A stretch of DNA of 63,960 bases, counting the filler, from Octopus bimaculoides (lineage: Eukaryota): NCBI RefSeq assembly GCF_001194135.2. It is 10 parts of 8 records of this genome, joined end to end, with 100 filler letters (N's around TTAATTAATTAA, not from the genome) between each part and the next. Parts side by side here need not be neighbours in the genome. Positions count along the whole stretch, not along the records: positions 47,401 to 55,975 come from NC_068991.1; positions 56,076 to 57,591 come from NC_068986.1; positions 57,692 to 58,875 come from NC_069008.1; positions 58,976 to 62,562 come from NC_068993.1; 6 more parts are not named here. One strand, written 5' to 3'. A program made the position numbers and the translations under genes. This document shows positions 48,476-59,645 of the stretch, in pieces; positions within the stretch are counted from its first letter, which is position 1; each line of letters begins with the position of its first letter. A model generated the notes under the pieces. It ran no database searches. It was not told the DNA's origin and was given only the letters and a program-made list of their open reading frames with translations.

Positions 48476-49300
48476 GATGTGCCTCAGAGTTCGGTTTTGT
48501 ACCCAACACTTTTACTCCTGTACATCATCAACCTATTTTCCGTTACTTCCAACATGATATCATTTTTCTTTCTTCTCAAACATGTTATAACCAAGCTTCA
48601 CCTTCTCGTAACCTACACACCTGACCCAAAACTGGCACTTATTCTATGAACAGAGCCCTCAACAAAATCCTCAGAGATCGTGCCATTCTTGTCTCCTTCA
48701 ACAGTACAAAACCACAATCACTGCCTATATCAAGAAAATATTATCACACCTATCCAAACTAAACATGAACATCGCGGAACGAGAATCCCAAAAGTTTTCA
48801 GTAATCCTCGGTTTCGTGATCCTGAGTCAGGATGACTGGCTTTCCACTTTAGGGACAGAAAATATCTCAGTCTCCCACAACTACAAATCCTCTACGAAGC
48901 TCAGGTGAGATCCACATGGTGCTGTTGCTACGTTTACAGACATCCTAAACTGCATCTAAATAAGAATCACTTGACTAACTGGTAAGGATTAGCTCCCCTG
49001 TTCTATCTCTTCCTCATCACTCCCCTTTCTCTCTCTCTCCTCTTCTCCTTCTCTTTCTCTCCTGCCTCTCTCTCAACCTCTGCTTCTTTGGCCTCTGTTC
49101 CATGATACTAGCTGCTCTTCTTCCACCACAAATCAGGCATTTCCGACTCATTTGTCTTCATTCCACTTGTCACCCATATTGTTCCCCCCCCCCCGCCTCA
49201 CCTCACGTTCAGAACTAACAACTAGACCGTTGGAATTCAATCCCTGCACATGTTAGACTCTGTACCCGTCGTTTTACAACTGCCCAAGAGAAGCGTTATC
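48476..49300 (+). pseudogene. CR1-clade LINE reverse transcriptase and C-terminal relic
   Basis: DVPQSSVLYPTLLLLYIINLFSVTSN (cf. GVPQGSVLSPTLFLLYINDL), LVSFNSTKPQSLPIS, LAFHFRDRKYLSLPQLQILYEAQVRSTW (cf. LxLYKAQVRPxxEY), later WNSIPAH; many indels. Confidence 0.8.
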
Positions 49301-50225
49301 GTCAATCTCACCAGTCGCCGAGGTCCTCTAAAGTCAACAGACAAAACCAACAAAAACAAAGTTTAAAAAGCATCATAATGTTTCTGGAAGGGACAATTTA
49401 TTCCGCAGATCAGCTCGCTTCAGAAATCATAATGACCGGATGCAGCGACTAAAGGAAAACCCAATATTTGACAGATACTTTATTTTATCGAACCTTCATC
49501 GAAAAGATCAAATATAGATAAGACCGGTAAGATTNNNNNNNNNNNNNNNNNNNNNNNNNNNNNNNNNNNNNNNNNNNNNNNNNNNNNNNNNNNNNNNNNN
49601 NNNNNNNNNNNNNNNNNNNNNNNNNNNNNNNNNNNNNNNNNNNNNNNNNNNNNNNNNNNNNNNNNNNNNNNNNNNNNNNNNNNNNNNNNNNNNNNNNNNN
49701 NNNNNNNNNNNNNNNNNNNNNNNNNNNNNNNNNNNNNNNNNNNNNNNNNNNNNNNNNNNNNNNNNNNNNNNNNNNNNNNNNNNNNNNNNNNNNNNNNNNN
49801 NNNNNNNNNNNNNNNNNNNNNNNNNNNNNNNNNNNNNNNNNNNNNNNNNNNNNNNNNNNNNNNNNNNNNNNNNNNNNNNNNNNNNNNNNNNNNNNNNNNN
49901 NNNNNNNNNNNNNNNNNNNNNNNNNNNNNNNNNNNNNNNNNNNNNNNNNNNNNNNNNNNNNNNNNNNNNNNNNNNNNNNNNNNNNNNNNNNNNNNNNNNN
50001 NNNNNNNNNNNNNNNNNNNNNNNNNNNNNNNNNNNNNNNNNNNNNNNNNNNNNNNNNNNNNNNNNNNNNNNNNNNNNNNNNNNNNNNNNNNNNNNNNNNN
50101 NNNNNNNNNNNNNNNNGTGTGTGTGTGTGTGTCTGTGTACTTCTGTATGAATGTGTGTGTGTGTGTGAGAGAGAGAGAAAGAGAAAGAAAGACTATATGT
50201 GCTGAGGTAAATATACGTGTATTCA

Positions 50226-50270
<45 letters not shown>

Positions 50271-50984
50271 GTGTGTGTGTATGTGTGTGGATACAGGTGT
50301 GTTTATGATGTGAGTGTGAGTGGGGAAGTGTAGGAGAGAACATGATCGAAAGAAAGAAAAAGAGAGAAACAAGAAGAAATGAGAAAGCGTTTTAAGATGA
50401 AGGGAGAAGGAATAAAAACAAGAATTGAAACATAAAGGAATTGTACAGACAGACAGACAGATAGGACAGACAGACAGGCAGATAGACAGAGAGACAGAGA
50501 GACTGGTAGATGGACAGACAGATATTATTGAAGGGAGACGTGATAGTGCATCTAATTTCGTAAGGGCTGTAGAAGATGAACCCAGGAGGAAATATGTGGG
50601 TGGGGATGGAATTTGACCGGGTTGATGTCATGGCATTTTGGTTCTTGGGACCAATGTCAGCGAAGAAGTCGGTTAAAACGAACTTCTCTAGACTTACTAC
50701 AAGTGGTTAGCTCTCCAAGACGGCATCTATCGTGAACGTCACCACCGTCACCACAAGCTACAACAACGAAGTCTATAACAACAACAGCATCAGCAACATC
50801 AACGTTACCAACAACAAAGCCATCGTTAATGACAACAACAACAACAACAACAACAACGGCAACATCACTATTAACTGCTACTAATTACATTGACATCTTT
50901 AACAAGAACACTAGCAACAAAACCACCAACACTAGCAACGCTAGCAACACCAAGTTCATTGTCATTTGGTCACCATAAGTAGAT

Positions 50985-51583
50985 GACAATCACTAAGGCC
51001 AGTCACCATCCACAACACCACTACCACCACTATCACCACCATCGTCATGATGGTAACCATGATCATGACCATGACCATAATCATCATCATCATCACGGTG
51101 AACGCCATCATGCCCATCATCACCGCCGCCACCACTATTATCGTCATCACCATCATCATCATCAGTATCATCATTATCATCATCATCATCACCATGACCG
51201 CCATCGCCACCACTACCATCATCACCACCACCACAACCATGATCATCATTATCATCAGGCCCTTCAACACCATCATCATCACCACCACCGCCACCATTAT
51301 CATCATCCTCGTCATCATCATCATCACCACCACCACCACCAGCACCATCATCATCATCAACGTCGTCAACATCATTACCACCACCGCCATCATCATCATC
51401 ACCACCACCACCACCACCACCACCATGGCTATCACCATCATTATCATCTTCATCATCATCAACATCAACAGCATCATCACCATCATCATCACCATCATCA
51501 CCATCATCACCATCATCATCATCATCATCATCACCATCATCATCATCACCATCATCACCACCATCATCACCATCATCATCATC

Positions 51584-51614
<31 letters not shown>

Positions 51615-51621
51615 TCATTAC

Positions 51622-51675
<54 letters not shown>

Positions 51676-51682
51676 CATCATC
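50985..51682. repeat. Degenerate (CAT/CAC)n tract, at least 700 bp, running into a gap
   Basis: Direct observation; stop-free in several frames because of motif composition. Confidence 0.9.
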
Positions 51683-52864
51683 NNNNNNNNNNNNNNNNNN
51701 NNNNNNNNNNNNNNNNNNNNNNNNNNNNNNNNNNNNNNNNNNNNNNNNNNNNNNNNNNNNNNNNNNNNNNNNNNNNNNNNNNNNNNNNNNNNNNNNNNNN
51801 NNNNNNNNNNNNNNNNNNNNNNNNNNNNNNNNNNNNNNNNNNNNNNNNNNNNNNNNNNNNNNNNNNNNNNNNNNNNNNNNNNNNNNNNNNNNNNNNNNNN
51901 NNNNNNNNNNNNNNNNNNNNNNNNNNNNNNNNNNNNNNNNNNNNNNNNNNNNNNNNNNNNNNNNNNNNNNNNNNNNNNNNNNNNNNNNNNNNNNNNNNNN
52001 NNNNNNNNNNNNNNNNNNNNNNNNNNNNNNNNNNNNNNNNNNNNNNNNNNNNNNNNNNNNNNNNNNNNNNNNNNNNNNNNNNNNNNNNNNNNNNNNNNNN
52101 NNNNNNNNNNNNNNNNNNNNNNNNNNNNNNNNNNNNNNNNNNNNNNNNNNNNNNNNNNNNNNNNNNNNNNNNNNNNNNNNNNNNNNNNNNNNNNNNNNNN
52201 NNNNNNNNNNNNNNNNNNNNNNNNNNNNNNNNNNNNNNNNNNNNNNNNNNNNNNNNNNNNNNNNNNNNNNNNNNNNNNNNNNNNNNNNNNNNNNNNNNNN
52301 NNNNNNNNNNNNNNNNNNNNNNNNNNNNNNNNNNNNNNNNNNNNNNNNNNNNNNNNNNNNNNNNNNNNNNNNNNNNNNNNNNNNNNNNNNNNNNNNNNNN
52401 NNNNNNNNNNNNNNNNNNNNNNNNNNNNNNNNNNAGAAAGTGAGAGGAGAAGGGGAGTGAGAGAGGGTTATGAAAGAGAAAGAGATAAATGGAGTGTTAG
52501 TGGGTATGATGGATATGATGTGGTATTGTAATTGACAAGGGTGGGCTGTTGTTAAGGGAAGAAGAGAAGGGAAGTCTAGCGTATAGTTTTGTGGTGGTGC
52601 TGGTGGTGTCACAGAGTGGTAGTGGTGAGGTGAAGATGGGAGGCGACACAGTGTTTGTGTGATGACACCGCGCTAATTGATCGATCGAAAATTTTAGCGT
52701 CTATTTCATTTTTGTTTTGCTTTATTATTTTTTTTTCATTATTTGTTTTGTTTTTAGATATATGTGTGTGTATATATATATAGTTTTTTTTTCAGCTTCG
52801 GTTATAGTTATGGATTTGGTTGTTGTCTTTTGTTTTTTAACATCCATCTTTATCAATACGATCC

Positions 52865-52865
<1 letters not shown>

Positions 52866-52923
<58 letters not shown>

Positions 52924-53031
52924 CATCATCATCATCATCATCATCATCATTATTATTATTATTATTGTTAGTAGTAGTAGTAGTAGCAGCAGCAGCAGCA
53001 GCAGTAGTAGCAGCAGCAGCAGCAGCACCAA

Positions 53032-53072
<41 letters not shown>

Positions 53073-53096
53073 ATAGTAGTAGTAGTAGTAGTAGTG
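52866..53096. repeat. Compound (ATT)-(ATC)-(ATT)-(AGT)-(AGC)-(AGT) microsatellite
   Basis: Direct observation. Confidence 0.95.
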
Positions 53097-53770
53097 TCGT
53101 TAGCGATGGATGGACGGGTGATCTGCCCCACAAGCTAGATTTTCCTTTACTGGCAGATGTCTGTAAAGAACTGACAATAAAATGGAAACATCCTCAGTTG
53201 AGTTCACTGAGGAGAAGTGTCGCTGCTGCTGACGGAGGACGCGAGCAAGTGAAAATATAATCAACAATTACTACTTCTTGATGAGCGTACAGTATTCAAG
53301 ATTGTTACTCAGATTCAAGCAAAAAGGCTGACACTTGTCGACTGTAGTTTCGTCTGGATGATATACGCCCGTGCGATTTCCGGTAGATTTGTTCACATCT
53401 TTCACCTAATGCGATACATCGTAAAGAGAGTTGCTGATAAGCTTGGTTTCGGGTAGACTCAGCTCCATTTGTAACAATCCAAAGGATTTTGATAGAAAGG
53501 TGCCGAGGGAACGCTATTCCAGAAAAAAGAAACTGGGAGAGATAAGGAGCACTTAAACGTTTACGTCAGTGTTTCTCAATTTATTGGCCCCTTTGATTCC
53601 TATTTTACTTGGATGGGACCCTCCTCGCCATTCGATGTTTAAAAACTCATATATTTTTATAATTAAATATCATTAGGAATTGTAAAACAAATTGTTAAGA
53701 TATTTTGTGCATCATAGAAGTTTAGCCAGTTTATTGCAGATAAATTTTAACAACAAAATGTTACATGGAC

Positions 53771-53816
<46 letters not shown>

Positions 53817-53897
53817 CTCTTCTGATTTTAATCATTTAAATTCTTCCTCTGAAGAAAGAGCTGGTTTCTAACAAAGTTATAAAGCTCCATCAATATA

Positions 53898-55096
53898 TCA
53901 GGTCATCCCATAAGTTCTGTCCGATTTTATTGATTTTAAAATTGAATGAAATTTAATAGTATTTTAGAATGTCTAATGGAATTAAAAATTATCTTTATGC
54001 GTTTGTGTACATTTAAACTAATTAAATTTAAACTAATNNNNNNNNNNNNNNNNNNNNNNNNNNNNNNNNNNNNNNNNNNNNNNNNNNNNNNNNNNNNNNN
54101 NNNNNNNNNNNNNNNNNNNNNNNNNNNNNNNNNNNNNNNNNNNNNNNNNNNNNNNNNNNNNNNNNNNNNNNNNNNNNNNNNNNNNNNNNNNNNNNNNNNN
54201 NNNNNNNNNNNNNNNNNNNNNNNNNNNNNNNNNNNNNNNNNNNNNNNNNNNNNNNNNNNNNNNNNNNNNNNNNNNNNNNNNNNNNNNNNNNNNNNNNNNN
54301 NNNNNNNNNNNNNNNNNNNNNNNNNNNNNNNNNNNNNNNNNNNNNNNNNNNNNNNNNNNNNNNNNNNNNNNNNNNNNNNNNNNNNNNNNNNNNNNNNNNN
54401 NNNNNNNNNNNNNNNNNNNNNNNNNNNNNNNNNNNNNNNNNNNNNNNNNNNNNNNNNNNNNNNNNNNNNNNNNNNNNNNNNNNNNNNNNNNNNNNNNNNN
54501 NNNNNNNNNNNNNNNNNNNNNNNNNNNNNNNNNNNNNNNNNNNNNNNNNNNNNNNNNNNNNNNNNNNNNNNNNNNNNNNNNNNNNNNNNNNNNNNNNNNN
54601 NNNNNNNNNNNNNNNNNNNNNNNNNNNNNNNNNNNNNNNNNNNNNNNNNNNNNNNNNNNNNNNNNNNNNNNNNNNNNNNNNNNNNNNNNNNNNNNNNNNN
54701 NNNNNNNNNNNNNNNNNNNNNNNNNNNNNNNNNNNNNNNNNNNNNNNNNNNNNNNNNNNNNNNNAGATCGAAGAGCTTGATTGGGAAAAAATTCCTCATC
54801 CACCTTATTCTTCCGACCTTGCTCTTTCAGACTACCATTTGTTTTGTAGTTTAGAGAATCATTTGTGGGACATAACTTTTGCAAGCCTGGAGGAGTTCGA
54901 AACTGACATTTCAGAGTTCTTCGCTTTGAAATCAAAAGAGTTTTACATTGATGGGATTAAAAAGCTTGTAAATAGATGGAAGGAAGTCATAGATAATCAA
55001 GGGAAGTACATTAATGATTAAATTTCAATTAAATATAACATTTGATCATTTGTTTTCTTTATTCAAAATTCGGACAGAACTTATGGGATGACCTGA
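53898..55096 (+). mobile_element. Tc1/mariner (mariner) DNA transposon
   Basis: Perfect 26-bp TIRs: TCAGGTCATCCCATAAGTTCTGTCCG (53898) and CGGACAGAACTTATGGGATGACCTGA (55071-55096), each flanked by TA. Apparent length ~1.2 kb including a 727-N gap. Confidence 0.95.
54767..55021 (+). CDS. Mariner transposase C-terminal portion (rest lies in the gap; intactness unknown)
   Basis: IEELDWEKIPHPPYSSDLALSDYHLFCSLENHLWDITFASLEEFETDISEFFALKSKEFYIDGIKKLVNRWKEVIDNQGKYIND*, with the mariner HPPYSPDLAPSDYHLF motif carrying two substitutions. Confidence 0.85.
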   Translation: MEELDWEKIPHPPYSSDLALSDYHLFCSLENHLWDITFASLEEFETDISEFFALKSKEFYIDGIKKLVNRWKEVIDNQGKYIND

Positions 55097-55419
55097 TATG
55101 TATGTAAGTCATTATTCAGATTTCTTGCCAATAGAGAAAGAGCCGGTCCCCAACCTAGATCCAAAGCTCCTTCATTAGAATTTCAGCAACATCAACAGGA
55201 TATTTTTTATGTATGTACGCGTGCAGATTTCTATGTCTTGTTTTATGCATATATTCTATGCATAGACCTGCTCATATATACTTAAATGATAAACTTCTGG
55301 AAAGTTATACTGACTTTTACAGTTCCGGTGATTGCTTGAATCTGTAGTCTTCGAATCAACTTGCACTTATCCGGTGTTGCAAAGCCTAATTTCTCAAGAG
55401 TTGGTACTCAGGCAGTGAG

Positions 55420-55695
55420 TATGTATGTATGTATGAATGTATGTATGTATGTATGTTTGCAGGTATGTATGTATGAATGTATATACGTATGTATGTATTT
55501 ATGTATGTATGTATGTATGTATGTATGTATGTATGTATGTATGTATGTATGTATGTGTGCAGGTATGTATGTATGAATGTATATACGTATGTATGTATGT
55601 ATGTATGAATGTATGTATGTATGCATGTATGTATGTATGAATGTATGTATGTATGTATGAATGTATGTATGTATGTCTGTATGTATGCATGCATG
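55420..55695. repeat. (TATG)n microsatellite with variants
   Basis: Direct observation. Confidence 0.95.
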
Positions 55696-56113
55696 TATAT
55701 ACGTATCTAGGTATCCGCGTGCGTATGTGTACCTATATACCAAACTGGCGGCCACATGATGCTGATAGGTGATTACAAGAAGACATCTTTATCCGATGTG
55801 ATATGACAAATTCAGTTAAAGACGGAGCGGTTTCTATACACTGTATAATTCCATATACAGACATGTTTTCTAGCCATGTTACTGGCGTTTGACAAGTATA
55901 TGTCTGTATGCGTGTGCATATACATAGACATATATATATACATGCATATATATATATATATGTGTATATATATATNNNNNNNNNNNNNNNNNNNNNNNNN
56001 NNNNNNNNNNNNNNNNNNNTTAATTAATTAANNNNNNNNNNNNNNNNNNNNNNNNNNNNNNNNNNNNNNNNNNNNTCCGCACAGCTCGAAGTTAGGTGAA
56101 TAAAATTAAAATA

Positions 56114-56194
56114 AAGCAACAGGATATCAAGAAGTGATACTGTACAACCGCTTGAAACGGTCGTACTGCATCGCTTCTTGATATCCTGTTGCTT
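56114..56194. other. Near-perfect inverted repeat / long hairpin
   Basis: AAGCAACAGGATATCAAGAAGTGAT (56114-56138) pairs with ATCGCTTCTTGATATCCTGTTGCTT (56170-56194); inner stem GTACAACCG/CGGTCGTAC and 7-nt loop CTTGAAA. Confidence 0.9.
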
Positions 56195-56205
56195 ATTTTG
56201 ATTAT

Positions 56206-56256
<51 letters not shown>

Positions 56257-56304
56257 TGTGTATGTAAATATAGATATGTGTGTATATATATATATATGTG
56301 TGCG

Positions 56305-56353
<49 letters not shown>

Positions 56354-56517
56354 CCGCATGCTGTCCATATCTTGTGAGGATTAAATATTGATACATTTTA
56401 AGCAAGCCTGTGTATGAGTGCGCGAACGTATGTTCAACTATGTTAATACATGTGATCTAAGCCACAGTAAACTTAAACGAGCCAAATCGTAGTTAGTTGA
56501 GTTAAAATCTTGTGCGC

Positions 56518-56552
<35 letters not shown>

Positions 56553-56809
56553 TGTGTGTGTGAGTGTGTGTGTGTGTGTGTGTGTATAAATGCTTACACG
56601 TTGAGTTCTGCTTCAGTTCAGTCGAAATGCTTCCAAACGTAGAAATGATATCCAAGAAATATCTTTTAATACGGAAGAGTGTAGCGAAGAGCGAGATGGA
56701 AATAAGGGAATACATAGATTTTCGCAAAGGTCAGCGCATCAATAGGTGAATGGAAAATGTTACATGAAGCTTTGGGAGACTAGGGAATATAAAATAAAAA
56801 ATATATTTA

Positions 56810-56966
56810 TGAAGCGGTGACTGTATGCTAAGAAATCTGCGTTCCAACCAAGTAGTTTCGGGTTCAGTTCTTCTCCGTGAAAACTTTGGCAAGTGTCTTC
56901 TACTATAGCCACTGGCCGACCATTACCTTGTGAGTGGATTTGGTAGCAGGAACTCAAAGAAGTCCG

Positions 56967-56968
<2 letters not shown>
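56810..56968 (+). mobile_element. CORE-type SINE followed by (TACA)n
   Basis: GTAGTTTCGGGTTCAGTTC...CTTTGGCAAGTGTCTTCTACTATAGCCACTGGCCGACCATTACCTTGTGAGTGGATTTGGTAG. Confidence 0.75.
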
Positions 56969-56997
<29 letters not shown>

Positions 56998-57129
56998 CAT
57001 ACATACATACATACATGTATACATACATACATACATACAAACATGTATACATGCATGCATACATACATACACACATGCATACATACATACATAGACATAT
57101 ACACACATGTATGTGTGTATGCGTTTTTC

Positions 57130-57330
57130 TTTTGGTTTGTCTCCCACCATGACTTGACAACTGGTGTTAGTTTGTTTATGTCCCAATTATTTAGTGGTTC
57201 GACAAACGAAACAAATGAAATGAGCACCAAACTTTAAAACATAAATATCAATTTCAATTCATTCGGCTAAAACTCTTCAAGCCGATGCCCCAGCATGGCC
57301 GCTGTCCGATAAATGAAGCAAATAACAAAT
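57130..57330 (-). mobile_element. SINE-like repeat, family C
   Basis: CTTGACAACTGGTGTTAGTTTGTTTATGTCCC...TAGTGGTTCGACAAA...GCCCCAGCATGGCCGC; reverse homolog of 778 and 16990. Confidence 0.7.
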
Positions 57331-57557
57331 TAAATATAAACAATTGTTGGAAGGACGAGTTTAAAAGACAAAAAAAAAAAGCAACATAAATCGCCACCAC
57401 CGTAAGATGAGTGATTTGAAGTGATAATTAATAAATGAGTGACGTAATTAGTTTAAGAGTCATGATATAGCTGATGAGATAAAAGCAGATAAATGCTGGT
57501 AAAGTTGTGAAATTTGAAACTAAAATATGGTGGCTTAAAATTTCAAGTTATTTATAC

Positions 57558-57591
<34 letters not shown>

Positions 57592-57725
57592 NNNNNNNNN
57601 NNNNNNNNNNNNNNNNNNNNNNNNNNNNNNNNNNNTTAATTAATTAANNNNNNNNNNNNNNNNNNNNNNNNNNNNNNNNNNNNNNNNNNNNTTATTTGCT
57701 TTTTTCTTTTTAAATTTGCTGTTTT

Positions 57726-57749
57726 ACCCTAACCCTAACCCTAACCCTA
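57726..57749 (+). repeat. Interstitial (CCCTAA)n telomere-type motif, ~4 units
   Basis: ACCCTAACCCTAACCCTAACCCTA. Confidence 0.85.
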
Positions 57750-58064
57750 TCACCGATAGAATTGTTTCAGAATCGTTTGTTTATGTAGTCGGCACTTAAT
57801 GTATATCGGCTGAATGGACGTCAGTGATTGGTTGAAATTACAGAAATACGACAACTTTAACATGGAATAACTTAAGGATTTCTTTTTTTTTAAAGAAGAC
57901 TAAGAGAAAAAGATGTTTTATATGACACATTCTACCAGTGTTCCAAGTTTCAAAGTGTTTCGTTAATGAAAAATGTGGCCCCCGTTTTAAAAAAGATCCA
58001 ATTATGGAGACGCTCGTGTCTCCCCAGTTACGCTTGTATAAGGAGTCTAAAACAACAAAGTGGG

Positions 58065-58265
58065 AGTGAGTGACTGTTAGAGGCGCTAAATGCAGGTGTA
58101 AAAGGTTTCGTTGTGAAGGAAATTAGAATAGAGTGCCCAGTAGAACTGTTATAAAAGGGTTGCCTCCTTGGCACGGTCAGAATAATCAAGAAAATATTAG
58201 ATAGCTAAAAAGAACTGATAGCATGGTACCGTAGGTTGCAGGTATCAAGCCGGCTACGCATGCAA
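58065..58265 (+). pseudogene. R4/Dong LINE 3' end, copy E
   Basis: IRIECPVELL*KGCLLGTVRIIKKILDS* (stop at 58206-58208) plus short UTR. Confidence 0.7.
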
Positions 58266-58269
58266 GATT

Positions 58270-58645
58270 CCAGTGCCAGGAGATCAACATATCATCATGA
58301 AAGAAAGAGAAAAAGCTGATAAGTATGCAGACCTGAGAATTGAGATCGCTAAGATGTGGCAGCTACGAGAGTCGAACATAAAGGTTATCCCTATTGTCAT
58401 CGGAGCATTGTGTTCAGTACCACCTAATCTGAAAAAAAAAAAAAACATCTGAAAACCTTAGAAATAGCCTACAAAAATCGGCATTACTTGGAACTGCACG
58501 TATATTGCGTAAAGTACTGTCTGTCTGAGCTCCTTGTTGTGACTTGACAAACAGTACAAATCCCCAGTAGACACAATATCTTCAATCAACAACCTCACGA
58601 TATTGTATACTGTGTGACGTCTATAATAATAATAATAATAATAAT
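58270..58645 (+). pseudogene. R4/Dong LINE 3' end, copy F, with (AAT)n tail
   Basis: PVPGDQHIIMKEREKADKYADLRIEIAKMWQLRESNIKVIPIVIGALCSVPPNLK / LQKSALLGTARILRKVLSV*, UTR, then (AAT)n at 58624-58645. Confidence 0.9.
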
Positions 58646-59266
58646 CACGACGACACAAACTGCGAAAATAGTGCAGCAGTTAATCTCTGCTACGAGCCAG
58701 GAACATCTATACTTTCAGTCATCAACTCCTACAATAACAGTACAAATGATTGAAAACAATGAAGAGGCTGGGAGCGGATTGGAAGGAACTACCTTAAACT
58801 ATGATGCACCTTCTAATCTTGCGTTCTCCAATTCACAAAGCAGAAAAACTTCTAAACCAAGTAGATCCAATTGCANNNNNNNNNNNNNNNNNNNNNNNNN
58901 NNNNNNNNNNNNNNNNNNNTTAATTAATTAANNNNNNNNNNNNNNNNNNNNNNNNNNNNNNNNNNNNNNNNNNNNATATATATATATATATATATCGCTC
59001 TTTTACTCTCCCATTGTGTGTTTGTATACATACATACATACATACATACATACGTAGATGCGTATATATAGCTCTGCGTATACGCACTCACAGACATTTA
59101 TATGTATGTATTCATGAATGCATAGATACGTATGTACACGCACACACACATGCATACATTATATATATATATATATAATACATATATATACATACATACA
59201 TTATATATATATATATGACATTATATATATATAAATATATATATATTATATATATATGTATATACG

Positions 59267-59302
<36 letters not shown>

Positions 59303-59580
59303 GACATATATGTGTTGACTTGTATGTACGTACGTATGTATATGTACATAGAAAATACTGATTTTACAGAGTCTTCAATTTAAAATGTCTTGGCAACTGA
59401 GGATATGCCTGGTGGTTTGGTGGAGAGGTAGTTCGGTGCCGTGGAGGGAAATGGTCAGGAATCTCCTGTCTTCTGTGAAACGCCTAAAACACCTGCTTGA
59501 AAGAGAGATTATCAAAGAAGAAAAGTAAAACAATAACAACAACAATAAAAACAAGAACAACAACAATAATCATGATGATG

Positions 59581-59645
<65 letters not shown>

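Noticed and set aside
58697-58721. EHLYFQS resembling a TEV protease site
   Set aside because: Short chance similarity; no vector or tag context.
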